This document shows, piece by piece, positions 26,875 to 39,490 of a stretch of DNA of 64,000 bases. This stretch comes from Mizuhopecten yessoensis. Taxonomy: Eukaryota. The stretch is from contig NW_018404492.1 in NCBI RefSeq assembly GCF_002113885.1, positions 1,560,727 through 1,624,726 on the forward strand, written 5' to 3'. The notes under the pieces are model-generated. The model was given only the letters and a program-made list of their open reading frames with translations, was not told the origin of the DNA and searched no databases. The stretch's first letter is position 1, and every line of letters begins with the position of its first letter. Position numbers and translations under genes: made by a program.

Positions 26875-26984
26875 TCCAGCGTCAGTGTAAGAGACCAGCG
26901 TCAGTGTAACAGACCAGCGTCAGTGTAAGAGACCAGCGTCAGTGTAAGAGACCAGTGTAAGTGTAAGAGACCAGTGTAAGAGAC
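26875..26984. repeat. 19-bp tandem repeat, ~5-6 copies
   Basis: Unit AGACCAGCGTCAGTGTAAG, degenerating at the 3' side. Confidence 0.92.
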
Positions 26985-28479
26985 ATATATTGGATACATA
27001 ATATGCCGTCGAAGGCTATTACCAACCTTATTTCTATGGCCTTTCAAATACTAAGGATAACATTGAAAGACACGACTGAAATTGTAATTATTCTTATCAC
27101 GGATGTACTTCAGAATTCTTTGTCTGAAACCATGTACTTAGGTACTTCAGTGATTTGTGTATGGTGTTGTGACTATAGTGCAAATCTGTTCTACTGAATT
27201 AAATCTATATTCAGATCTAAGTTAGGGTTTCCAGATACAGATGAGCTTGAATTTGAGTTAAACATTTATGAGAAATCTCAGAACAATTAGTTTTGCTTGA
27301 CGTAAAACGACTGAGTTGCAAAGTATCTCTGTGGCTAAACAACCAGAACAAAATCGGTTAATCGCCTCTGCACATCCATTATTTAATCTGTACTAAAACC
27401 TCCATACTCTCTAATACAACTAGTATACACTTACGAGATAGCAATACAAAGACATTGATCGAAGTCTTTGTCATGGAATTTACAGGAAAACAGAAGACTT
27501 TTAAGTGTTGAGGTGATGTGTGTCGTACACTAAGTTTATCGCTTGACCATCAACGAACTAAGATAGTACTTCTCTCGTCGAATCTTAAATTAAATTGAAT
27601 CAAACACAATTGAATAACATTTAAATTGAATTACATTGAACATTAAAGAAATGCTGACCGAATTTCTTGTATCATAATGTATTGGTTTGAAGGGACTCCG
27701 AAATACTCAAGACTATATATTATGTTGTATCTAGCATAGTGACATGTTCTCAGAGTAGACTAACAGGCGAAAATATATATCGATGTTGTGAAAGCGCATT
27801 GCTGGGTTGACATGGGCAGTATATAGGAGGCAAGCTGCTGGCGATGACTGATCACATTAATAGATCGCCATGCTAGACTCGATCAGAGGGCGTACGCTGT
27901 GGAGCGGAAGGGGTGTGCAAAGCATGAAAACATTTTATCAGATGAAATAGTATCCTGACACTGTTATCCTGGGGAACAACATATGATACATATGTCTATG
28001 TTTACATTCAATTTTTCACAGTTGTATATAAAGTAATCTTTTATAAATATATATAAACATGGATAAACTTATTTTTTGTACTCAGCAAAATCCGAAAGAT
28101 TAATGTCTCCCAGTAGAATCCAAGTAATCCATTGTTTGTAAGATGACGTTTGAGTTTAAGTAGAAGAAAGGGGTGGGTTTAGTTAATAGGAAATCCTTCG
28201 TTTCGCTAAATTCAGTCATTCGTGAAGCTCATTGGTTACCTAAAGGACTGAGAAGGATTGTTTTGCCACACTGCGCGTTACAAAGTAGTACATGAAGTAA
28301 AGCCCATCCATTGTTGCATGAACTAGATTAGTCCTACCAACTAGAAAATCGAAAACGTTCGGTTACAAAATCAACGTTAGTCAATGTGGAAGCTTTCGAA
28401 TGAGTATAGAGTAACAGCTTGTCAATGCTCAAGGTTGGATGGTAAAAATGTCTTGCAAAGCACGTACCACCATCCCTTT

Positions 28480-29012
28480 TTAGGATACCATATTCTGTTA
28501 CAATATCTACGAGACAGGTTTCTTTCAACCACGGTCATCACAGGGTCATTGTTTCCATGTCGTTGTGAAGGTTGCCAAGCGATAACCGCTTGTTTTAAAT
28601 CCAGTTGTATCCCCACCCGACGGTCATATTCACGTCATCATCGAGCTAATCGCCTTAATGTGTCGCTGCACACTGCAGATGACTCTTAAAACAATGGAAT
28701 TACATTGTGTTTTCAGATGAGTTTCGCTTTTACTTTGACCCATGGAATTGGGAGGCAGAGATTGTGGCGACGTCGAGGGGAAGTTTTGCGGACTATTGAG
28801 CATGTGTTTGGTTGGTATTTGTAGAAGTCATCGTGCAAGGCTAGATGTCGTTTATTGAATTCAACTGGGTCCGTTTTGAGACGAAAGACTGATACCATTG
28901 TTCCCATTTTGCAGCATCATGGCGCAGGCGCAATTTTTCAACAAGACAAAACAAAAAACCCATGCAGTCAACTCAGCAGAATATTTCTGAGGCAAAACAA
29001 TGTCAATGTTAA
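28480..29012 (+). pseudogene. Decayed Tc1-family DDE transposase
   Basis: Manual translation across frameshifts: QYLRDRFLST (28501), QWNYIVFSDEFRF (28692; cf. W..V.FSDESRF), RQRLWRRRGE, MCLVGI (cf. MVWGGI), IVPILQHHGAGAIFQQDK (cf. FQQDNA.PH), FLRQNNVNV. The motifs are collinear. Confidence 0.85.
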
Positions 29013-29599
29013 GGTTAACTTGTCAAGTATCCAGATATCTTACCTAGGTGAGAACGATTATTTTAAGCTAATAAATTTCACTAATTCCATACAATACCCT
29101 GCTGTAATCAATCAAATTATATGTACTACCCTCTAAGACAGATACATTTAATCATATTCAGTTAATAAAACATTTCATTTCGACAATAATTGCAGTAATT
29201 GTTGTGATTTAATTTCAATGTATCGTATTTTGGAACTCATTACGCGATTTCCTACAGAACAGCAATGCCGGCTGTGGACTTAAAAAATATTTGTGAAATC
29301 CACAATATTAGAGATGAGTTCAACGTGACAATATGTTCGTGTACAAAGAAAATAAATAACAACTGTATTTCATATAGCGCCCTGCTTAGCTAGGTTATGA
29401 GACCCTTATAAGGCCCGTTACAGTACAAAAAAATCACAAGAGCTACCGTATTAGGAGTGAACAACTAGCCCTCTGCCACTTGGCTGCTATTTCAATATGT
29501 GTGTTGGAGATCTATTTTTTCTGGTTTGCAGTGGGACCAGGCTTCAAACGACACCAATCTTTCACAATGCTCCGGTACTCCAATGGTCGATGACAGATT

Positions 29600-31130
29600 A
29601 ATTAGGTCGTTCAATGGTGCGCCCTGGTCATACTAGCCGGCCACTGCCGAATTCACCTAAGTGGAACAGTTCAACGAGTTATATAATCGTTACGTGATTC
29701 TCAGATGACAAGTCGTAGAACGGGGCAGTGGTAGTCGTGTTGGTTTCGTCTGAATAATGGCATATTGTATAACGCCTGACCGAATCCGTGGTCATACAAT
29801 GTATAGACTTTTGGTTATGGTTCCTCAAGATCTTAAAACAGAAATATTCAAGTTCTGCTATGATCTTATAGCGGTTGGTGAGCTAGAATGAGGGATTAAG
29901 ACCCCGGAGAAGATAAGAGACGTACAGTCTGGAATCGACTGAATCAGTCATGTGAACTACAAGTGGCAACTAAAACAAGAAGGCTCGCGTTCAGGTAATG
30001 GGTCACACTACTTTTCTAACGTGTACAGGCCTTGTCTGTTAAAACATTGGGATTCGATACTCGATAAGACAAAGTTAGAACTGGAAAAGTATCCTGGAGT
30101 TCTGCAGATAGTTCCGTTTGAACGTGTCCACATTCCTATTCCTTTACCATTACCCATGACCAAATCAATACATTTTGGTAGCCGTGGACCGGTTTTTAAA
30201 CTGGATAAAATGGCATCCTATCCCAGACCATAATGCTGAGACCTATGAGACAGTCCTAGTGAATGAATGTATTTCTCGGTTTGGTAACCGTCCTTCTTGA
30301 GTAATGGTAGGAGGCGTAATTAGCCGAAAGAAATCGTAAGCCCACTCTAGCGATGTACCCAGTTGCTAATGATTCGGGTGCTACGGCACGAATCAAGAAA
30401 ACATCAAGAACGGGAACGACACCTTCCGCATTTATCCGGAGCAATCAGTGCCACGTAGAACAGTCCAACCCGTTTTACATCCTATTTGATAGTTCTTTGA
30501 AGGAATTCAGCCATCCCAACGAGCTGGTGCATGGAACTACAACTCAATTACAAGTATCCGTTGCTCATTCAAATACGTTACCGAAGGCATCTACCACGCT
30601 CGATAGGCTTTGCTAGACCAGGATCCCAAATCCGTCAGAAAGTATTATGTTGAACCAAGCCAATGGTGTAATACCATCTTTGATATGGTTTTCAAATTTG
30701 AAATGACTACCAAAGTTGGACGAAGCTACAGAAACCGTCGAAAGCTCCATTCCTGATAATCGAGGTGACGTCTTAAGTCCGAAGACAGGAGGAGGGAGTC
30801 ACTAATCTACCGTTACCGTTTAAAGCTATGTACCAAGAGTGACTTCAACAGTTATGGGATCGGATCATCCTAAAATAAGCTGATCCAACAGAAGCTGTTG
30901 AAAATGTTACAGATGGTATCTACTAAAAGTATCACCCCTTTGGGTTCTTCTGAACAGGTTACATGCGAAAACTATACATTTACGTCTTACACTGAGAGCT
31001 TCAGCTAGGCCTATCATTGACAGTCCGTATGATACAGAGCAAACTTATAATATGGATAAGCTGTTAGTCTAGGAAGTGGTTGAGCATGAAGAGGTACCGT
31101 TAAGGAAACAGACATGGCTTCAGTAACTTT
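29600..31130 (+). pseudogene. Decayed Ty3/Gypsy LTR-retrotransposon pol, integrase region
   Basis: Collinear motifs: VPQDLKTEIFKFCYD (29820, Zn-finger region), PFERVHIPIPLPLPMTKS (30114), YILVAVDRFLNWIKWHPIPDHNAET..VLVNECISRFG (30169), IKKTSRT...VEQSN (~30392), YPLLIQIRYRRHLPRSIGF (30555). Many stops and frameshifts; outer boundaries are approximate. Confidence 0.8.
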
Positions 31131-32470
31131 ACGATTATGTGCACATTAATCTATTGGTGTTCAGCATGAATAAATATTATGAACCCATGCATTTGTTGTA
31201 ATTACGTTTTATGAAGTGTTTTAATTTATTAATGATCTGACAAATTGAGCTGCTGGTTTGTCTTGTTTTACAGATACGCTAGATGACACTGACGATGGAC
31301 CACTAATTCCGGGTATCACTATGAAATCAAAAGGACAACACAAGGTTAAGGAAATTCTGGTTTGTCTAGGTCTTCCGAGAATATGTGTTCGGACGATACA
31401 GCTGCCCTGTGTGGTAACATATAGAGTCAACAATGGAAGCAGGTCGAGCCTGCTGTAAGTACCAACTTATAATCCATTGTCGCAGGGAGATGGAGAGCAA
31501 TATCCTCAAATACCAAGAGATTGGATTACCTGATTCATTGTCATTGCTTTGATGAAAAACTTAAGGAGCACCAGGTTTCGGAACGAAAGGTTCTAGCAAT
31601 GTAAGTTTGGAATTTCCCGTTTAGAACATTGAGGAAAAATTAGAAACAGCGCAGATCCCTAATCATCCCTAGAGAAAACCCTGGCAGAGACAGATATGCA
31701 ATAATAACCACACGAAGGGAATCTCTATCACCTCTACAAACAATCCCAATAGTAGAATGTATTGATGAGCTGATGTTTCCAGTACAAGCTTCCTCTGTCC
31801 ATGTTGTTAGTGACTTGCACAAGAAAATGCAACTAAATAGGGCTTTAGGACATGAGAAAGGATCGGTAGATGTTGGAAGATAACTTATATACTTATACTG
31901 GTGTCTAACTTTTATTTGCATGACTTAAACTGTGATTGCTATTTGGCTGCTTCGGTTGCTTTTATTTGGCCATGTATGTTTGTAACTCAATACGAACCAT
32001 ATATGAACATACTTGAATAAATGTTTGCTGTATGGGCATTTTATGAAGGTCGTAGTTACATGTACTTAAATTGCTCGTAAGAACGGGTAAAACAAGTTCT
32101 CGGGTTTGACTTAAGCACCAGGGACGGCAAACCGATCACCTGTGTACATGTACCTAAAGACACCAAGTCGTATAGTCGGCCGTTCCATGAATCCTCTCCT
32201 TCTTCCTCAATATACTCTAGTGCTAGACCCACAATATGATCACTTAGCAATAGGCCACTCCGGCGGATCGGAACTAATCGTTCTACAACGTGTAACGATG
32301 TGTACGATGGGACTAAATAATCGACCATCCAAAAAGCAGCCTTTATCACAAAGTATTGCTTCTGACTGAATTTATTTCGAAAACTTGTCTCGGGGACACG
32401 TATGACTGAATGTATTTTTCATACCTTGTTAGGGGGGCGTCTGACTGATGGTAATCTGGATAATGTTTTA

Positions 32471-32548
32471 GAGGGGACTTCTGTCTAGACATATTCTGGA
32501 GCACTTGTCGGAGGAGGGACTTCTGTCTGATGTATTCTGGAGCACTTN
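32471..32548. repeat. Short direct duplication ending at the single ambiguous base (N) in the window
   Basis: GGGACTTCTGTCT..A..TATTCTGGAGCACTT occurs twice; N at 32548. Confidence 0.75.
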
Positions 32549-32918
32549 GATATATTCTAGGTGGGAGGGGGGGGGGGTCCGACGTTAAGTATTCATGATT
32601 GCTTGTTTATAGGAAAATTTGGCTGAATGTAGATTAGTAAGTAATTGATCACTTGTTTGAAGAAAACATAGAAACAAAGTCGTTCGAAAGGCAGGACTGG
32701 GTTATCGAAAGGAAAATAATTTTTTTTATCGAACGGGGCATGCCCCCCCGTACACTCATCAACTAATAGGTTGAATAGGGGAATGTATGGATTTATTTGT
32801 GCCTTAATTAGAAAGATTTTTACACTAACCATACCGTAATTTGTGACATAAATTCGCTTGACTTTGTGAAGTCATGCATAACACAACAGATAAGAAATCT
32901 TCATGTGTAAAATCCCCC

Positions 32919-33000
32919 TATCTCTGGCGCGTTCGATTGGCTCCTCTCTATGAGACCACTATCTCGGCGCGTTCGATTGCCTCTTCTCTATTAGACCAAT
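32919..33000. repeat. ~40-bp tandem duplication
   Basis: TATCTC(T)GGCGCGTTCGATTG.CTC.TCTCTAT.AGACCA x2. Confidence 0.85.
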
Positions 33001-33485
33001 CACCGAATGTTTTCGATCGCGACATTGAGTTCTATCCGAACAATTACAGTCCGATTTTCATTAAAAATGCATAAACAGTGTCTGGTCATCATGAAGTTGA
33101 GTTGACGAAGATACAGAACGGCCTGGTCCTCTGTCTACTCGGGGGGATTACATCTACACTATAGAGCAGGGAGCCGTTATCAAGGCCACTCCAGACTAGC
33201 GTTAGCGCTACACAAACAATGCACTGAACCAACAACGGGTCAACAACAAACTCTGTAGTAATTAAAAAATGAAAATTTATTTGTATTCGTGCGTGTTAAT
33301 ATATATTTAATAGTGATTGCTTCCTAGCAGCAATTTTATTGAAACTTATCAAATGTACATTTTTTAAAGAACGTATTATTGGAATGTATGATACATAAAA
33401 GGTTATCTGTATATTGCGTATTTGCATCAACAAATCGTTGGTTTGTGTTGCATGTATACCACGGACTTCTTTACCTAGTATAAAA

Positions 33486-33874
33486 CATATCATATTACAA
33501 TATTACCGCTACATAACATATAACAGTATACCACGGTAATATTGTATACACTTACTATACTTACATATCATATTACAAGTATACCGCTACATAACCTATA
33601 ACATTATACCACGGTAATATTGTATACACTTACTATACTTACATAACATATTACAATATTACCGCTACATAACATATAACAGTATACCACGGTAATATTG
33701 TATACACTTACTATACTTACATATCATATTACAAGTATACCGCTACATAACATATAACATTATACCACGGTAATATTGTATACACTTACTATACTAACAT
33801 ATATTACAATATTACCGCTACATAACATATAACATTATACCACGGTAATATTGAATACACTTACTATACTTACA
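33486..33874. repeat. 78-bp AT-rich tandem repeat, 5 copies
   Basis: CATATCATATTACAATATTACCGCTACATAACATATAACAGTATACCACGGTAATATTGTATACACTTACTATACTTA; starts at 33486, 33564, 33642 and 33720. Units alternate CAATATT/CAAGTAT. Confidence 0.96.
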
Positions 33875-33987
33875 TGTAGCATGGAATCGCGAATATAAAC
33901 ACAAATATACCAGCAAAACACGAAAGTAGGTGTGGCGCTTAAATACCTATTTCCCATACAGTGGGCAATTAAGGATTTAATTTTGAT

Positions 33988-34050
33988 CTGTTTTGTTTTG
34001 TTCAGTGTTTAACGGCCGCCAAACAGCTGAAATCGTATGCAGATGGACAT
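33988..34050 (-). mobile_element. SINE 3' tail fragment
   Basis: (TTTTG)n then TGTTTAACGGCCGCCAAACAGCT, the reverse of a SINE-type ...GCTGTT...CGTTAAAC(AAAAC)n tail. Confidence 0.4.
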
Positions 34051-34329
34051 TCCACTGAAAAGAAAGAGATTAAAAGGGTTGGAATCGGAACAAAAGGCAG
34101 AATAATTAGGTCCAGTAAACGAATGATGACAAAACTTGATGAAAATGATTATTTAGGTCAAGACAGTTTTTTTTTTTATTTCAGCGCTTAATTTAAAACT
34201 AAGATGACGGCCTTGGCCTCTGATATGCAAAGGTATTTTACCTTTTTTTATATCCATCAGGGCGATTATGACACGACTATTTTGGCCCTCGCCGACTTTT
34301 GTTGTTTTTGCGTCAGTTTGCAATTACAG

Positions 34330-34530
34330 ATGATTGCAAAAATTAGGTTATCTGCTCATAATCTAAATTTAGAAAAAGGTAGATATCAAAATATTGAGCG
34401 TAGTCTTAGAGTGTGTACTGTATGTAATTTAAATGATGTTGAAGATGAGTTTCATTTTATGTTGAAATGTCCATATTATTCGGATTTGCGTGTTAAATTT
34501 TTGAAAAAGTACTATGTAACAAAACCAAGT
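34330..34530 (+). pseudogene. LINE ORF2 C-terminal CCHC zinc-knuckle fragment (RTEX-like)
   Basis: IAKIRLSAHNLNLEKGRYQNIERSLRVCTVCNLNDVEDEFHFMLKCPYYSDLRVKFLKKYY: Cx2Cx9Hx4C with R.S.H.L..E.GR. The flanking parts of ORF 34204-34686 are unrelated. Confidence 0.85.
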
Positions 34531-34899
34531 GGGCGTTACAATTCCGATGGGAAGTATTTACATTTCAGCTCTATTCTCTGGAGCATGTTAGGCTCATCAT
34601 TGACTTTGGACAATATAGAACTGCCGCGTGGATTAACGAGTGTGTTTCGCCTTAAAATCTGCTGGTTACACGATCCTACAGAATAAACCTGTTTGCCCAA
34701 AGATGTTGGATCACACAGGATTGGTTGTGAAATTGTCCGGAGTTTACCAATATTTCCAAGAGAATAACTGTTTGCCCCAGTTGTCTGACAGTTTTTTTCT
34801 TATATCACACTCTTCGGATTGTTACACAGTTTGAAAGATATCCTTTTTACAGGATTAAAAGTTAGAATGGTTCTCGATGTATTGTTTCTGCAATGATAC

Positions 34900-35080
34900 C
34901 GCTGATCATATCACGGTACAGTAATGTCAATCTGTCGGATAAATCCAATAAAGCATTACGTAGCTTGTCAGGGGACATAAGCCGACTTATTGTAGCAATA
35001 CTTACATTGTCTGCAGTCAGAAACCCGTCGCGTATCTATGACCTATGTTGCCTGGGAGTTGTTCAGTGTGGCCCTAGAAT
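34900..35080 (-). pseudogene. Possible second Tc1 transposase remnant (N-terminal DNA-binding linker)
   Basis: The minus strand reads PH*TTPRQHRS*IRDGFLTA, resembling Tc1 RPR.TTPRQDR....LRDRF.TA. No catalytic motifs seen. Confidence 0.35.
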
Positions 35081-35839
35081 AGCACTAAACACTTGCTGTT
35101 TAATCACTAAATTAGAACGAAGAAATGGCATACGCTTGACGTGTACTATCGTTCTATTCCATTAGTTCATTATATATTGATACAGATTTATACCGTGCAT
35201 GATGCACGAGTTTTTATCAACACACAGTGAACCTCACAAGAAATGGGTTTATATAAAGGCGGTTGTGGTCTTAACCAAAAATTTAAGAAAAGAAATCAAT
35301 ACTTCCATTGCTCCTTGCGAACTGTAACAGTAATTGAATTGCATATATAGTGTCGTACTCTCCCGTATATTAGGATAATTGGATTCAATTTCGAGTTTAT
35401 TGTTTCGATATGTTCCCGGGGGAGTAAACAGTTCCAATACAACATACTTCTCCGTGCAGGGATATTAATCACGACATCTGTAGTCACGATCTTCATTGAA
35501 AACTAAACTATTATTTTGAAATATTTACATGTGACACTAAAATCGGGATTTACTACAAGTCAGCGGCTAACCCTATCCGGATATCGTGGCACGCCTTAGT
35601 CCCGAGTTCGACAGTCGTACCCCCATCACAGAGCACACATAGATCGATAGCAGGTTGATTTAACCTTGAAGTTAACCGGTTATTTATCTGAAAAGACAGA
35701 CTAGTATGTCTGGTAGATTAATGGAAAACTGTGAAGTTCAAATAATTAACGCAAACCATTCACAAATATATCGACTGGGATATACATTAGGCAGGTAGGA
35801 ATATAGGGCATTGTAGCGACAAAGATACCTCTTTACAAC

Positions 35840-36630
35840 CCACACACAAACACACAGAAACTCACCAGCTTTAAACACAGAAACCAGCTACACACAAGCA
35901 CACCATCAAAACGGAAACAAACCACTTAAACAGAAACACACAACCTACACAGAAACACATAATCTACCCAGAAACACATGTACACAATCTAGACAGAAAC
36001 ACACATCTACACAGAAACACATATACACAATCTACACAGTAACACACATCTACACAGAAACACATGTACACAATCTACACAGAAACACACAATCTACACA
36101 GAAACACACAACCTACACAGAAACACATAACCTACACAGAAACACACCATATACACAGAAACACACCATATACACAGAAACACACCATCTAAACAGAAAT
36201 TACAATCTTCACAGAAACACACCAGCTACACACAAGCATACCATCAAAACGGAAACAAACCACTTACACAGAAACACACAAAATACACAGAATATACAAT
36301 CTACAGAGAAACAACCAACCTACACAGAAACACACCATCAAAACAGAAACAAACCACCTACACAGAAATTATAATCTAAACAGAAACACGTCACCTTCAC
36401 AGAAATACACCATTTACACAGAAACAAACTATCTTCACAGAAACGTACCAGCTACACAGAAACATATCACCTTCACAGAAACACGACAGCTACACAGAAA
36501 CATATCACCTTCACAGAAACACACCAGCTGCACAGAAACATATCACATTCACATAAACACACTAGCTACATATCACCTTCATAGAAAAACAAACACACCA
36601 GCTGCACAGAGACACACCATCTACACGCAG
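35840..36630. repeat. Degenerate ~19-20-bp CA-rich array
   Basis: The CTACACAGAAACACA core recurs dozens of times with variable linkers. Block ACCATCAAAACGGAAACAAACCACTTA occurs at ~35902 and ~36240. Confidence 0.9.
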
Positions 36631-36756
36631 AAGAATGAACAGATTTCAGATGTTTCAGATTCAGATTTTTATATTTCTCAGACATACAAAGTATGAAACA
36701 AGAGGTCAATATGTATCATTTTCACATATACATTGCAGATAACCTAAAAGGCATAA

Positions 36757-38270
36757 AGAAACAAAAACACACAGAAGTATTAACAGAAACAACAAAAACA
36801 CACAGAAGTACATATAGAAACAACAAAAACACACAGAAGTACATATAGAAACAAAAAAAAACACACATAAGTACATACAGAAACAACAAAAACACACAGA
36901 AGTACATACAGAAACAACAAAAACATACACAGAAGTACATACAGAAACACACAAAAGTACATACAGAAACAACAAAAACGCACAGAAGTACATACAGAAA
37001 CAACAAAAACACACAGAAGTACATACAAAAACAACAAAAACACACAGAAATACATACAGAAACAACAAAAACACACAGAAGTACATACAGAAACAATAAA
37101 AACATACACAGAAATACATACAGAAACAACAAAAACACACAGAAATACATATAGAAACAACAAAAAAACACAGAAGTACATACAGAAACAACAAAAACAT
37201 ACACAGAAGTACATACAGAAACAACAAAACCACACAAAAGTACATACAGAAACAACAAAAACACACAAAAGTACATACAGAAACAACAAAAACATACACA
37301 GAAGTACATACAGAAACAACAAAAACACGCAAAAGTACATACAGAAACAACAAAAAACACAGAAGTACATACAGAAACAACAAAAACATACACAGAAGTA
37401 CATACAGAAACAACAAAAAACACAGAAGAACATACAGAAACAACAAAAAACAAAGAAGAACATACAGAAACAACAAAAAACAAAGAAGAACATACAGAAA
37501 CAACAAAAACACGCAAAAGGACATACAGAAACAACAAAAAACACAGAGGGACATACAGAAACAACAAAAACACACAAAAGTACATACAGAAACAACAAAA
37601 AACACAGAGGTACATACAGAAACAACAAAAACACACAGAAGTACATATAGAAACACAAAAAAACACACATAAGTACATACAGAAACAACAAAAACGTACA
37701 CAGAAGTACATACAGAAACAACAAAAACACACAGAAGTACATACAGAAACAACAAAAACACACAGAAGTACATACAGAAACAACAAAACCACACAGAAGT
37801 ACATACTGAAACAACAAAAACACACAGAAGTACATACAGAAACAACAAAAACACACAGAAGTACTTACAGAAACAACAAAAACACACAGAAGTACAAACA
37901 GAAACAAAAAACATCAAAAAAGTGTGTACAGAAACAACAAAAACACACAGATGTATATACAGAAACAACAAAAACAACAAAAACACACAGAAGTACATAT
38001 GGAAACAACAAAAACACACAGAGGTACATACAGAAACAACAAAAACACACTAAGTACATACGACACAACAAAAACACACAGAAATACATACAGAAACAGT
38101 AAAAACACACAGAAGTACATACAGAAACAACAAAAAAACACAGAAATACATACGACACAACAAAAACACACACAGAAGTACATACAGAAACAACAAAAAC
38201 ACACAGAAGTACATACAGAAACAACCAAAACACACACATAAGTACATACAGAAACAACAAAAACACACAA
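36757..38270. repeat. ~31-bp (30-33) A/C-rich minisatellite, ~48 copies
   Basis: Unit ACAGAAACAACAAAAACACACAGAAGTACAT. It explains all the long F/V/C/L-rich minus-strand ORFs. Confidence 0.98.
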
Positions 38271-38889
38271 GTATTTTGCAACATAACGAAAAAACATTAT
38301 ATAAGCTTCTTCAAGGAACCGAACCCCACACACACAACAACTCAACTCTAACGTCTCTAAACCTTTGTAAAATCCCCATGTGCCTTAATATGGTATTCTA
38401 CTCTAATGTGACCTCAGGTTATCTATATAAACAGTTTTGTGCATACTTGTATATCAAACTGACCGGGTTGGGCTATGATTTATGAGGACTTTTCCTCGAT
38501 GGCTGTCGAACGCTGCTAGACTGACGTGATCCGCAACCAATTCCTATCAATCTTTCCACGGATATGCACAAGCTTTTAATTGAAATGGACCAGCACTAGG
38601 TAGGTATGGACAAACACTCATGTTTTCCGTGCGGTCCTCGGATTGATACGCGGCGAGTTAGGTTAATTGAGAGTATAGTCAGGATCAATATCCATATGGG
38701 ATTCTTAAGTCCATTTCCCTATTTCGGAGAATTGCGTTTTATATATACGCGTTATTAAAAAGTAGTGAGTTTAGCCGTGATTCCAACCACACACAACTTG
38801 TGTATATTGTACACGTGTGATCCCAGGCACTCTCGATTACTGTAGAGTACATGTGTCTATCAAAAGACTACTAACATATATAATTGAGT

Positions 38890-39490
38890 GGTTTTGAACG
38901 CTGTTTGCGTTTCGTTTGCGTATATATCAACTTAATGCAGATATATTCTCGGGAAATGCCAATCTCAGTAACAACTTTCGAGGAACATCCAATTACATTT
39001 ATGATGATATGAAACGCAGTTCCGTTCAAACTTTGTTCATGAGCATACCATTGCACATGTTGAAAAGATGCATTTCAATTTTTATATTTACATTCAAAAC
39101 AACAAAGATAGCAATATGTTATCGTTCTGTATGGTTTTATTCAGTTCAAAATACACTTCGACCAATTGGCAGAACAGGCTACGGAACAGCCATATCTGCT
39201 GGAACAAGATCTTGCTTTCCAGTTCCGTCAAGCAACGAATTTCAAGCGGAAACTATTCATGCATTTTCGTCATAATTTGAATGGGACATCACGTCATGTT
39301 TGGCCCCGATTACTCAAACAGTCTGAATGAAAGTATTTATTATATGTAACTGCAGTACATCTCCGTTTCTATTATACTGTATCCCTCTATATAACCACGC
39401 ATGCTAATTACTGTATATGAAATCTTTATACTTATATATCTCAGTATACCATTGTAATGCAAAGGTGTTGAGACAAATAAACACGTTTGA
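38890..39490 (+). pseudogene. Decayed 3' end of an L2/CR1-group LINE (ORF2 C-terminus plus 3' UTR)
   Basis: Collinear weak motifs FERCLRFV (38893), LKRCI, RTGYG, WNK (39200) and FKRKLFMHF (39241), then an AT-rich tail with AATAAA near 39477. Confidence 0.45.

Noticed and set aside
32548-32548. Single N inside a short duplication next to a G-run
   Set aside because: Assembly ambiguity rather than biology; local structure here should be treated with caution.
34204-34686. 160-aa ORF as a host zinc-finger gene
   Set aside because: Only the central ~67 codons are protein-like, and they match a LINE C-terminus. The flanks are chance read-through.
36706-38345. Long minus-strand ORFs (437, 375 and 367 aa) resembling hydrophobic or Cys-rich membrane proteins
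   Set aside because: All three frames are open because the T/G-rich 31-bp repeat lacks stops. Unit lengths of 30-33 shift frames freely.
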